Made by a program: the position numbers and the translations under genes. Below are positions 55,611 through 64,000 of a stretch of 64,000 nt of DNA, one piece after another (positions within the stretch are counted from its first letter, which is position 1; the number at the start of each line of letters is the position of its first letter). The notes under the pieces are model-generated. The model saw only the letters and a program-made list of their open reading frames with translations. It ran no database searches and was not told the origin of the DNA. This DNA is from an uncultured Clostridia bacterium (lineage in GTDB: Bacteria > Bacillota_I > Bacilli_A > RF39 > UBA660), in contig CAMOMI010000001.1 of NCBI GenBank assembly GCA_946619755.1, positions 33,441-97,440 of the forward strand. The letters are read 5' to 3'.

Positions 55611-58145
55611 ATGAAATTAAGTGAAGTAGACAAAAATAAATTAGCTCCAATGATGGCTCACTATGTAGAATTAAAAGAAAAAAATATGGATACAATTATT
55701 CTATATCGTTTAGGTGATTTTTACGAAATGTTTTTTGAAGATGCTGAATTAGTATCCCACGAATTAGAATTAACTTTAACTGGAAGAAATGCCGGTTTAG
55801 ATGAACGAGTTCCTATGTGTGGCGTACCTTATCATGCAGTAGATATTTATATTGATAAACTAATCAAAAAAGGTTACAAAGTAGCTATTTGTGAACAACT
55901 AGAAGATCCAAAATTGACTAAAGGAATGGTTAAAAGAGATATTACCGAAGTCATCTCATCAGGTACTGTTATCACCTCCAATTCTTTAAACGAAAAAGAA
56001 AACAATTATTTTGGTAGTTTATACTGCTTAGATTACTGCTATATATTAACCTACTCAGATATAACCACTGGTGAAATATATGGTGAAATAATTGAAAATG
56101 ATCAAACTCTACTTATTAACAAGATAATATTTCTAGGTATTAAAGAATTAATTGTAAATAATAAAGTTCCAAAAGAAATTATCTCATCTTTAAAAGATAC
56201 TTATAAAATTCCTCTAACACCAACTGATGACATTCTAGAAAATGATGAACATGACTATATCTATAAAGACATTACTGATAATCGATACATTATTGGTATA
56301 AAACATTTAATTTGTTATCTCATCAATAATCTAAAAAGAAATGTATCTCATTTCCAAAAATTAGTTATTAGAAAAAATGATGAATTCTTAAAGATGGATA
56401 TTCATACCAAAAGAAATCTCGAATTAACGGAAAGTATCCGTAATAAAGAAAGAATTTATTCACTATTATGGCTCTTAGATGAAACCAAAACTGCTATGGG
56501 ATCAAGAAAATTAAAATCATGGATAGAAAATCCGCTTGTTGATAAAGAAGAAATTGAAAAAAGATATGATATAGTTGAAACATTGCTAGAAGAATTTATT
56601 TTAAGTGAAGATTTAAGAAAATATCTATATGACGTGTATGACTTAGAAAGATTATGTGGACGTATTTCTTTAGGTTCAGCAAATGCTAGAGACCTAATTC
56701 AATTAAAAGAATCATTAAAGATATTACCAGCCATAAATGATATTTTAAAAAAAATTAAATATCAAGAACTTCCTGATGTAAGCGATTTATATCTTTTACT
56801 AGAATCATCTCTTTATGAAACGCCACCGCCTACATTAAAAGAAGGCTATTTAATAAAAACCGGTTATAATAAAGAATTAGACGAATTAAAAGACTTGCGT
56901 AGTGGTGGAAAAGATTTTATTAGTAATTATGAAGCTGAAGAAAGAGAAAAAACTGGAATTAAAAATTTAAAAGTTGGTTTCAATAAAGTATTCGGCTACT
57001 ACATCGAAATATCTAAAGGTAATCTACCATTAGTTAAAGAAGAATATGGTTACATCAGAAAACAAACACTAACTAACTGTGAAAGATTTATAAATCCTAT
57101 TTTAAAAGAAAAAGAAGACCTAGTTTTGTCAGCTGAAGAAAAAATAATTAACTTAGAATATGACTTATTTATAGATATCCGTAATACTTGTAGTAAATAC
57201 GTCCATACCCTACAAGCTATATCAAAAATAATCAGTGAAATTGATGTCTTATTATCTTTTGCTCTTGTAAGTGAAAAATATAATTATACCAAACCAACTA
57301 TAACTAAAGATCACAATCTAGAAATAATTGAAGGCAGACATCCTGTTGTTGAAAAAGTAACCAAAGATAGCTATATCCCTAATGATATTATTATGGACAA
57401 TAATACAGCAATTCTTTTGATTACCGGTCCTAATATGGCAGGAAAAAGCACTTATATGCGTGAACTTGGTATTATTGCAATCATGGCACAAATTGGTTGT
57501 TATGTTCCAGCTAAAAAGGCAATTTTACCTATTTTTGATAAAATATTTACCCGTATTGGAGCAAGTGATGATTTAGTTAGCGGCGAATCAACTTTCATGG
57601 TTGAAATGACCGAAGCTGCCAACGCCATCAAAAATGCAACTCCAAATAGTTTAATCTTATTTGACGAATTAGGAAGAGGAACAGCTACTTTTGATGGTAT
57701 GAGTCTTGCCCAAGCAATTTTAGAATATATCAATAATAAAATTGGTTGTAAAACACTATTTTCAACCCATTATCATGAATTAACTGATTTAGAAAATACT
57801 CTCGATAAATTAATCAACAAACACGTATCTGCTGAAGAAAAAGACGGTAACATTATCTTCTTACATAAAGTTAAAAATGGTTCTATCGATAAAAGTTATG
57901 GCATTAACGTCGCAAAACTTGCCAATCTTCCAAAAGAAGTCACCGACAGAGCTAGCGAGATTCTAAGTGTCTATGAAAACAAAGAAAGAAAAAGAGATAT
58001 TGTTATCCAAACAACACTTCCATTAGATTTTAAAGAAGAAAAAAATGAAATAGTAGAACGTATTAAAGAACTTAATATTTTAGAACTTACTCCAATTGAT
58101 GCAATTAATATCCTATATGAATTAAAAAATAAAACAAAGAATTAA
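55611..58145 (+). CDS. mutS: DNA mismatch repair protein MutS
   Basis: KLAPMMAHYVELKEKNMDTIILYRLGDFYEMFFEDA (mismatch-binding domain), Walker A GPNMAGKST, HTH C-terminus; alternative GTG start at 55602. Confidence 0.9.
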   Translation: MKLSEVDKNKLAPMMAHYVELKEKNMDTIILYRLGDFYEMFFEDAELVSHELELTLTGRNAGLDERVPMCGVPYHAVDIYIDKLIKKGYKVAICEQLEDPKLTKGMVKRDITEVISSGTVITSNSLNEKENNYFGSLYCLDYCYILTYSDITTGEIYGEIIENDQTLLINKIIFLGIKELIVNNKVPKEIISSLKDTYKIPLTPTDDILENDEHDYIYKDITDNRYIIGIKHLICYLINNLKRNVSHFQKLVIRKNDEFLKMDIHTKRNLELTESIRNKERIYSLLWLLDETKTAMGSRKLKSWIENPLVDKEEIEKRYDIVETLLEEFILSEDLRKYLYDVYDLERLCGRISLGSANARDLIQLKESLKILPAINDILKKIKYQELPDVSDLYLLLESSLYETPPPTLKEGYLIKTGYNKELDELKDLRSGGKDFISNYEAEEREKTGIKNLKVGFNKVFGYYIEISKGNLPLVKEEYGYIRKQTLTNCERFINPILKEKEDLVLSAEEKIINLEYDLFIDIRNTCSKYVHTLQAISKIISEIDVLLSFALVSEKYNYTKPTITKDHNLEIIEGRHPVVEKVTKDSYIPNDIIMDNNTAILLITGPNMAGKSTYMRELGIIAIMAQIGCYVPAKKAILPIFDKIFTRIGASDDLVSGESTFMVEMTEAANAIKNATPNSLILFDELGRGTATFDGMSLAQAILEYINNKIGCKTLFSTHYHELTDLENTLDKLINKHVSAEEKDGNIIFLHKVKNGSIDKSYGINVAKLANLPKEVTDRASEILSVYENKERKRDIVIQTTLPLDFKEEKNEIVERIKELNILELTPIDAINILYELKNKTKN

Positions 58146-58378
58146 AATAATAATTCCTTGTTTTTTTGTATAAATTCATTTCGAATTTGCTCAAATTCAT
58201 CCAAATCTAGCATTTCTATATATTGTTCACCATCTTCATTAACTAACTTTCTAATACAAATATCTTCATTGTTATCTCGATTTGCTAAAAGCATATATCT
58301 AACATCATCTTTAACAATACTACTTATTTCATTATAAAATATACCATTTTCTAACTTATATGCATTAACTTCTACCAT
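58142..58378 (-). CDS. DUF1292-like small acidic protein (second paralog)
   Basis: RYMLLANRDNNEDICIRKLVNEDGEQYIEMLDLDEFEQI pattern; start ATG 58378 with AAAGGGGAAG SD (ORF-track start 58411 is TTG). Confidence 0.5.
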   Translation of the reverse strand: MVEVNAYKLENGIFYNEISSIVKDDVRYMLLANRDNNEDICIRKLVNEDGEQYIEMLDLDEFEQIRNEFIQKNKELLF

Positions 58379-59864
58379 TATTTCTTCCCCTTTTTTGAAT
58401 ATCATTAGCAAATTCTTTTTTTAATGTCTCCATATATTTACTATACTCTCTCATCATTTTTTCAATATCTTTTTTGTAATTACTAGCCAATAAATCATAT
58501 GCCTTAACATCACCATCTTCAGTTAAGAGAGCCTTGTAAGTTTCAACGGCATCAGTATATTTAGAAACATCAAGAGAAGCTCTACTCATCATATCATACA
58601 CATATTGTGGATAAGAATCATAACCACTTAGGGCCAAATACTCAAATTCCATTTCATTCACTTGAAAATATCCTTTAGTCATAAGCAATATAGAATCCAT
58701 CATAGCAATATCTCTCTTAGTTATACTACTATATGCCTCATATAAACAAATCTGTTCATAATGATCATTCCAACTTTTATTTTTAGATAAATATGAACCA
58801 AATATCTCTTCAATATGACCAATCGTTTCTGGAAAATCAATATCACCATAGCCATTAATCTTCGGATAATCATAATTATCAAAGTTTCTTATTATTTTAT
58901 CCGTACTTACACTATATTGAAATATTACACTATCGGCTTTTTTAAAAAAGTTTATACCAACATTACTATTACTAAAAACAAGCATTGCTAACACAAAAGC
59001 AATTGTTCTTCTTGCAATTTTATTCTTTACAATATTACCTGCTGTTACCTTAATTTTCTTTTTTCCTGCATTAACCTTATCAATAACTTCGTCGCTAGAA
59101 TATTTTCTTTCGCTAACAGATTTAACATATATTGAATCATTTTTAATCCAATCATCAATTTCCATATCATATCTTCCACTAATTATTTCTTCAATATCAC
59201 AATTATTAAAAAGCAAATAATCAGAAAGTTTAAATGCTGATTTTTGAATAATATCTTTCATATTAACTAAATTATTATATCGTCCACTTACAAGCATCAT
59301 TTTAATAACATATCTTAAAACTGTCGTAAATTCTTCTTTATAAGACATTTTATCAGCATTATGAATACAATAATTCATAATATAATTATTAATAAATACC
59401 TCAAATTTATTATTATGAATTCTAAAATAATATTTATTTGACGAAATTATATCATCAAGTAATTCATAAGATATAACACCATTTTGTATTTTTATAAGCT
59501 CATTTGCCAATTTTTCTGCAAATTCATTAACGTCTCCCGTAAAATTTATCATATAAGTCATACGTTTTAATAAATACCATTTAATATAGTCAAATACTAA
59601 GTCTTTATCTCTAGGACTTTTATTAATACTTTCTTTAACAATATTAAAGACTTGATCAGCATATTCTTTATTAATATCCCTTTTGACAGGCTTAACTTTT
59701 GAAGATACATTTTTTTTAGAAACAGTGTTGAAAACACTAAGTGCTGCATTTACATCATCACCAATACTTTTACCTTGTTGTGATAATTGCCTTTTTCGTT
59801 CATCAGTTGGAAAAACATCTTTAAATTTATCCTCAAACATTTTATCATCCATCCCTATCACCAC
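58365..59864 (-). CDS. hypothetical bitopic membrane protein (cytoplasmic ~290 aa, one TM, extracellular ~190 aa)
   Basis: Single TM IARRTIAFVLAMLVFSN; no recognised domain; 14-nt overlap with downstream DUF1292-like gene. Confidence 0.5.
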   Translation of the reverse strand: MVIGMDDKMFEDKFKDVFPTDERKRQLSQQGKSIGDDVNAALSVFNTVSKKNVSSKVKPVKRDINKEYADQVFNIVKESINKSPRDKDLVFDYIKWYLLKRMTYMINFTGDVNEFAEKLANELIKIQNGVISYELLDDIISSNKYYFRIHNNKFEVFINNYIMNYCIHNADKMSYKEEFTTVLRYVIKMMLVSGRYNNLVNMKDIIQKSAFKLSDYLLFNNCDIEEIISGRYDMEIDDWIKNDSIYVKSVSERKYSSDEVIDKVNAGKKKIKVTAGNIVKNKIARRTIAFVLAMLVFSNSNVGINFFKKADSVIFQYSVSTDKIIRNFDNYDYPKINGYGDIDFPETIGHIEEIFGSYLSKNKSWNDHYEQICLYEAYSSITKRDIAMMDSILLMTKGYFQVNEMEFEYLALSGYDSYPQYVYDMMSRASLDVSKYTDAVETYKALLTEDGDVKAYDLLASNYKKDIEKMMREYSKYMETLKKEFANDIQKRGRNNGRS

Positions 59865-59959
59865 CTATTTTCTAATATAATTTTACAATAATAATATTTT
59901 TTTTGCAACAATTTTATAACATAGAATATTTTTATGATATAATTAAAATGGTGGTAAAA

Positions 59960-61351
59960 ATGTATGATGTTATAATCGTGGGAGCCGGACCAGCCGGACT
60001 ATTTGCAGCTTATGAATTAATTACAAAGAATAGTAAACTTAAAATTGCTATACTAGATCGAGGAAATGCTGTCAAAACAAGAGTATGTCCAATGAATAAA
60101 TTAGGTATTCCTTGCCAAAACTGTAACCCTTGTAATATTTTATCAGGTTATGGTGGAGCTGGTACATTCTCTGATGGTAAATTAAATTATATTCACAAAT
60201 TAGGAAAATCTGACTTAACTAAATATATGCCTGAATCTGAAGCAATGAAACTAATCGATCAAACTGAAGAAATATTTAATAGTTTTAAAATGGATGCCGA
60301 AGTATATCCATCAAATATGAATGAAGCAGAAGCAATTAAGAAAAAAGTAGCCATTGCTGGAGCTAAATTATTAATTATTAAACAAAAACACCTAGGTTCA
60401 GATCACTTACCTGAATATATCGATGGTATTTGTGATTACTTAAAAGATAAAGGTGTTGAATTAATTGATCGATGCGATGTTTTAGATATTAGTACTATAT
60501 CTACAGATGATCATGAAATAATATGTAAATTAAAAGGAAAAGATAAAACATTTAAAAGTAAAAAAGTAATCGTTGCTCCAGGTAGAACCGGCGCTAAATG
60601 GATTCAAGAATTAGCTGATAAATATCAAATTCCTTATTATTCACAATCAATCGAAATTGGTGTTCGCGTTGAGGTAAGAAAAGACATTATGGAAGATATT
60701 ACCAATATTATTTATGATCCAACAATTTTTATTAAAACCAAAACGTACAGTGATGAAATAAGAACTTTCTGCACAAATCCAGGTGGTTTCGTAGCTAAAG
60801 AAAATTATTATGGTTATATTTGTGTCAATGGACATGCCTTAAAAGATGTAAAATCAAATAACACTAACTTTGCATTTATTTCAAAAGTTAATTTAACAGA
60901 ACCTGTTACTAATACAAGACTATATGGCGAATCTATTGCTCGTATCGCTAACGTTCTTGGCGATGGTAAACCAATTATTCAAAGTTTAAAAGATTTACGT
61001 AATGGTCGTCGTAGTGAATGGCATCGTATCAATAAAGGCTTTATTGAACCAACATTAAAAGATTGTGTAGCTGGTGACTTAGCCTTAGTAATGCCTCATC
61101 GTATTATCACAAATATCCTTGAAGGATTAGAAACCCTAGATAAAATAATTCCAGGAGTCAACAATGACGATACACTTTTATATGGTCCAGAAATAAAATT
61201 CTTCTCAAACGAAATCGAAACTAATAACGATTTTAAATTAGAAAATGATAATATTTATTTTGTCGGTGATGGTGCTGGCAAAGCTGGAAATATAGTAACA
61301 GCTGCTGCTACTGGATTAGTTGCTGCAAGAGACATCTTAAAGAAGTGTTAA
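59960..61351 (+). CDS. FAD-dependent oxidoreductase (COG2509-type uncharacterised FAD-dependent dehydrogenase)
   Basis: MYDVIIVGAGPAGLFAAYEL (GxGxxG Rossmann), later GDGAGKAGNIVTAAATG; start ATG 59960 after GGTGG. Confidence 0.7.
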   Translation: MYDVIIVGAGPAGLFAAYELITKNSKLKIAILDRGNAVKTRVCPMNKLGIPCQNCNPCNILSGYGGAGTFSDGKLNYIHKLGKSDLTKYMPESEAMKLIDQTEEIFNSFKMDAEVYPSNMNEAEAIKKKVAIAGAKLLIIKQKHLGSDHLPEYIDGICDYLKDKGVELIDRCDVLDISTISTDDHEIICKLKGKDKTFKSKKVIVAPGRTGAKWIQELADKYQIPYYSQSIEIGVRVEVRKDIMEDITNIIYDPTIFIKTKTYSDEIRTFCTNPGGFVAKENYYGYICVNGHALKDVKSNNTNFAFISKVNLTEPVTNTRLYGESIARIANVLGDGKPIIQSLKDLRNGRRSEWHRINKGFIEPTLKDCVAGDLALVMPHRIITNILEGLETLDKIIPGVNNDDTLLYGPEIKFFSNEIETNNDFKLENDNIYFVGDGAGKAGNIVTAAATGLVAARDILKKC

Positions 61352-61367
61352 CCACTTCTTTTTTTTC
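61341..61367 (+). terminator. rho-independent terminator after FAD oxidoreductase gene
   Basis: agaagtg-ttaac-cacttct + T8, stop codon in loop. Confidence 0.55.
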
Positions 61368-61421
61368 TTGATAAAATTACTATTTTTTGATATTATTTTA
61401 TTAGAGTAAAGAGGTCGTACT

Positions 61422-62378
61422 ATGATTAAATATATTTTACTAGTGGTATTAGGATTTTATTTATTAATTAAAGGAGCAGATATTTTTGTTGATGGGATTT
61501 CATCAACTGCCACTAATTTAAAAATACCAAAAATTATTATTTCTTTAACCATTGTTGCTTTTGGTACTAGTACCCCAGAATTATTTATTTCATTTAGAAG
61601 TATCTTAAGTGAAAATAATGATATTGTTCTAGCTAATGTTGTAGGTTCTACCATTGTTAATTCTATGTTAGTAATCGGCATTGCTGCCTTAATAAAACCA
61701 ATTAGAATTAAAAGTGAAACCATAAAAAAACAACTACCACTTCACTTAATTATGGTAGCAATCTTTTCTGTTTTATTTTTAGATGAAATTTTTACTCACA
61801 ACATTAATACAATTTCAAGAAGTGATGCTATCGTATTATTATTAATTTTTTTAGGATTTATTTATTACATCTATAAATTTCAAAAAAAACGCAACCAAAC
61901 AGCCGAAATTACTAAAGACAAAGCCAAATGGCCTTTATCAAAATCAATTATCTATTCATTAATTGGCTTAATCTTAATTTATTTTGGTAGTGAGTTTGCT
62001 GTCGATAACTGTGTAAATATTGCTAAAGCATTAAATATTAATCAAAAAATAATTACAATGATAGTCCTAGTTATTGGTACCTCTACACCAGAAATAGTAA
62101 TGGCTATTACCTCAGTTAAAAAGAATGAATTCGATATTATTATGGGTAACATTATTGGTACAAATATCTTTAATATTGGTTTTGTCTTAGCCTTACCAAT
62201 CGCTTTATTAGGTAGTGTTAGTACCTCTAGTTTCAATTTTGCTGATATGTTTGTTATGACTACAGCAGCCGCTATTATTTATCTTTTCGCTAAAGATGAC
62301 AGAAAAATTGATAAAAGCGAAGGCGCCATTATGCTCTTAGTATTTATTATTTATTATGTTTACATTTTAGCCATATAA
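61422..62378 (+). CDS. CaCA-family sodium/calcium antiporter (YrbG-like)
   Basis: Two alpha-repeat signatures GTSTPELFISF and GTSTPEIVMAITS; 10 TM. Confidence 0.85.
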   Translation: MIKYILLVVLGFYLLIKGADIFVDGISSTATNLKIPKIIISLTIVAFGTSTPELFISFRSILSENNDIVLANVVGSTIVNSMLVIGIAALIKPIRIKSETIKKQLPLHLIMVAIFSVLFLDEIFTHNINTISRSDAIVLLLIFLGFIYYIYKFQKKRNQTAEITKDKAKWPLSKSIIYSLIGLILIYFGSEFAVDNCVNIAKALNINQKIITMIVLVIGTSTPEIVMAITSVKKNEFDIIMGNIIGTNIFNIGFVLALPIALLGSVSTSSFNFADMFVMTTAAAIIYLFAKDDRKIDKSEGAIMLLVFIIYYVYILAI

Positions 62379-62407
62379 AAACTAGTTCAATCATTGAACT
62401 AGTTTTT

Positions 62408-64000
62408 TTATTCACTTCTAAGTGCTTCAACTGGATCACGCTTAGCTGCCGCTCTTGCAGGAATCAATCCACCTATTAAAGTTAAAATAATACTAAGTAT
62501 AACTAATACTAACGCACTATGTATATCGAGCATCGCCCTAAGTGGAATATTTCCTGTATAATGATGCAATATACCATTAATAATTGGAATTAAAGTATAT
62601 GATATACCTATACCAAACAATCCAGATAATAAACCAATAATAAAGGTCTCAGCATTAAATATTGAAGAAATATTATGTTTAGATGCTCCAATACTTCTAA
62701 GAATACCTATCTCTTTTGTTCTTTCATATACTGAAATATATGTAATAATCCCAATCATGATTGACGAAACAACAAGAGAAATTGATACAAACGCAATTAA
62801 TACATAACTAACTGCATTAACAATTGTTTTAACTGAATTCATAAGTATTCCTGTCGTATCAGAATAATTAATTGTCTTATCTTCCATATCATCTTTTTTC
62901 ATTTTCTTATTATATTTTTCAATAAAATCTAAGAAATGCTCTTTTCCATCAAAACTATTAAAATAAAAAGAAATAAATGTCGGCTCTTCTTTATCTTGAT
63001 AACCTAGTGATATTAAATTAGATTTAGCAGTTGTCTCTGTCCTATTCATCATCGCACCGACTACTCTCATTAACTCATCTTCTGTAAAATTAAGTGAAAA
63101 AGCCGATGTAATTGCATCTTTATCAACATTAAATGATGAAGCAATACTATTTGTTATATTTGCTGTTAATTCCCCTACTTTTGTAAGTACTGTTTTTTTA
63201 ATTAATGCCTCAGTCATTGCCTTAGCTATTTTATCCTCAGCCATCATAATAGCTGCGCTCTTCATATACTCATCATTAACTGACGCAGCAACATCTTCAT
63301 TTATTATTGCCAAAGGATCATTAATATCTTCTGTAAGAGATTGATCTACTCCATAATAAGCCGCTATATATGTATTTAAATAACCATTTAATAGTCCACT
63401 ATAAATTTGTTTATAAGTATCTTTAGGAAGAACATAATCTTTTTCTAATTGCTTTAATAATTCCCCTGCATCATAACTATTTAAATAATTATCAACTACA
63501 TCACTTACTTGACTTAAACTTATAGTTCCCTCAACGCTCGTCAATAAGCCACTCGTTAAAGTAACAAATCCATCATGAAATGCTTTCTTAGCAGGATTTG
63601 TATCAGTTGTAATTGAATTAGCAATTTCATTCATATAATTCTGAGTTTCGTTCTGTAACTTATCCTGATCAATCTTAATATCAAAAGCATTTTCTAACTT
63701 ATTTGTATCAATATTAATAACTTCATCAAATCCAAAACCAATATTATTATTTTTGCTATCAAATCTACTACCTGAAAAAACATCTATATCTATATTTGAT
63801 AACTGTCTTTTCACTAAATCACTTTCTTTACTATAATCAATTATATAATCAATTAATTTTGAAGTATAATTAACACCAGGTGATAATGCAGTCGAAGTTG
63901 TACCTGGTTTAGCACTAACAATTCCTACAATCTTAAGCTTAAGTGCCTTCTCATATAATGCCTTCATATAATTATCATCATCACTCATATCTTCATAAAC
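62408..64000 (-). CDS. FtsX/MacB-like ABC transporter permease (N-terminus beyond window)
   Basis: C-terminal 4-TM FtsX fold (IGILRSIGASKHNISSIF ... LIPARAAAKRDPVEALRSE); frame stays open to position 64000. Confidence 0.7.
   Translation of the reverse strand, partial: VYEDMSDDDNYMKALYEKALKLKIVGIVSAKPGTTSTALSPGVNYTSKLIDYIIDYSKESDLVKRQLSNIDIDVFSGSRFDSKNNNIGFGFDEVINIDTNKLENAFDIKIDQDKLQNETQNYMNEIANSITTDTNPAKKAFHDGFVTLTSGLLTSVEGTISLSQVSDVVDNYLNSYDAGELLKQLEKDYVLPKDTYKQIYSGLLNGYLNTYIAAYYGVDQSLTEDINDPLAIINEDVAASVNDEYMKSAAIMMAEDKIAKAMTEALIKKTVLTKVGELTANITNSIASSFNVDKDAITSAFSLNFTEDELMRVVGAMMNRTETTAKSNLISLGYQDKEEPTFISFYFNSFDGKEHFLDFIEKYNKKMKKDDMEDKTINYSDTTGILMNSVKTIVNAVSYVLIAFVSISLVVSSIMIGIITYISVYERTKEIGILRSIGASKHNISSIFNAETFIIGLLSGLFGIGISYTLIPIINGILHHYTGNIPLRAMLDIHSALVLVILSIILTLIGGLIPARAAAKRDPVEALRSE

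Noticed and set aside
1-64000. CRISPR arrays, transposases, integrases, phage structural or defence-system genes
   Set aside because: No direct-repeat/spacer architecture was seen. No DDE/tyrosine-recombinase, nuclease-helicase or toxin-like ORF was found. The region reads as conserved core chromosome.
1-64000. Alternative genetic code 4 (TGA=Trp), given the Mollicutes-like AT content
   Set aside because: TGA clearly terminates well-supported genes (for example ylxM and gpsB-adjacent ORFs), and long ORFs are intact under code 11.

Overview
This 64-kb window looks like core chromosome from a very AT-rich (about 27-28% GC by eye) low-GC Gram-positive bacterium. It uses the standard genetic code: TGA and TAA both act as stops and ORFs are long. 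I saw no transposase, integrase, phage block or CRISPR array, and gene density is about 90%.

The synteny is Bacilli/Erysipelotrichia-like: rodZ-pgsA...recA, gpsB-rnpB, lspA-rluD, ftsY-ylxM, rimM-trmD and cdsA-rseP. An SspI-type small acid-soluble spore protein implies a spore-former.

Main content:
- Translation and RNA modification: rluD, an RluA-family synthase, a COG1092 methyltransferase, trmD, rimM, a TrmH-family methyltransferase and cca.
- Housekeeping: glyA, recA, mutS (no mutL downstream), murE, ftsY, pgsA, cdsA, rseP, hsp20, cysteine desulfurase, and a type-B RNase P RNA (rnpB).
- A compact NAD salvage/finishing operon, pncA-pncB-nudix-nadE-nadD-nadK-nrtR, with two uncharacterised genes embedded in it: a small radical-SAM protein and a Cys-rich zinc-ribbon protein.
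- A cell-envelope glycopolymer locus: two divergent LtaS-family enzymes, a processive GT2 synthase with a small membrane partner ORF, a CsbB/GtrB-like transferase plus a GtrA-like flippase, and an Amidase_3.
- A LemA-YgjP(DUF45)-DUF2207 membrane triad.
- Thiol-disulfide genes: a thioredoxin-like protein and a DsbA-like-CcdA fusion.
- An intramembrane-sensing histidine kinase with no response regulator in the window, beside a membrane-anchored PTS-EIIB-like domain whose catalytic Cys is replaced by Glu.

The most unusual observation is the SRP operon. Instead of ffh, the position after ylxM holds a stand-alone Clp/Hsp100 D1-type AAA+ protein. It is preceded by an unannotated translationally coupled 53-aa membrane ORF and followed by murE.

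Other second-look items:
- The rSAM/zinc-ribbon insertion in the NAD operon.
- Phased 10-bp repeats upstream of the kinase.
- Candidate NrtR operators upstream of pncA.
- A perfect palindrome upstream of recA.
- Two stand-alone prepilin-like genes.
- A stand-alone BadF/HgdC-type [4Fe-4S] activase.
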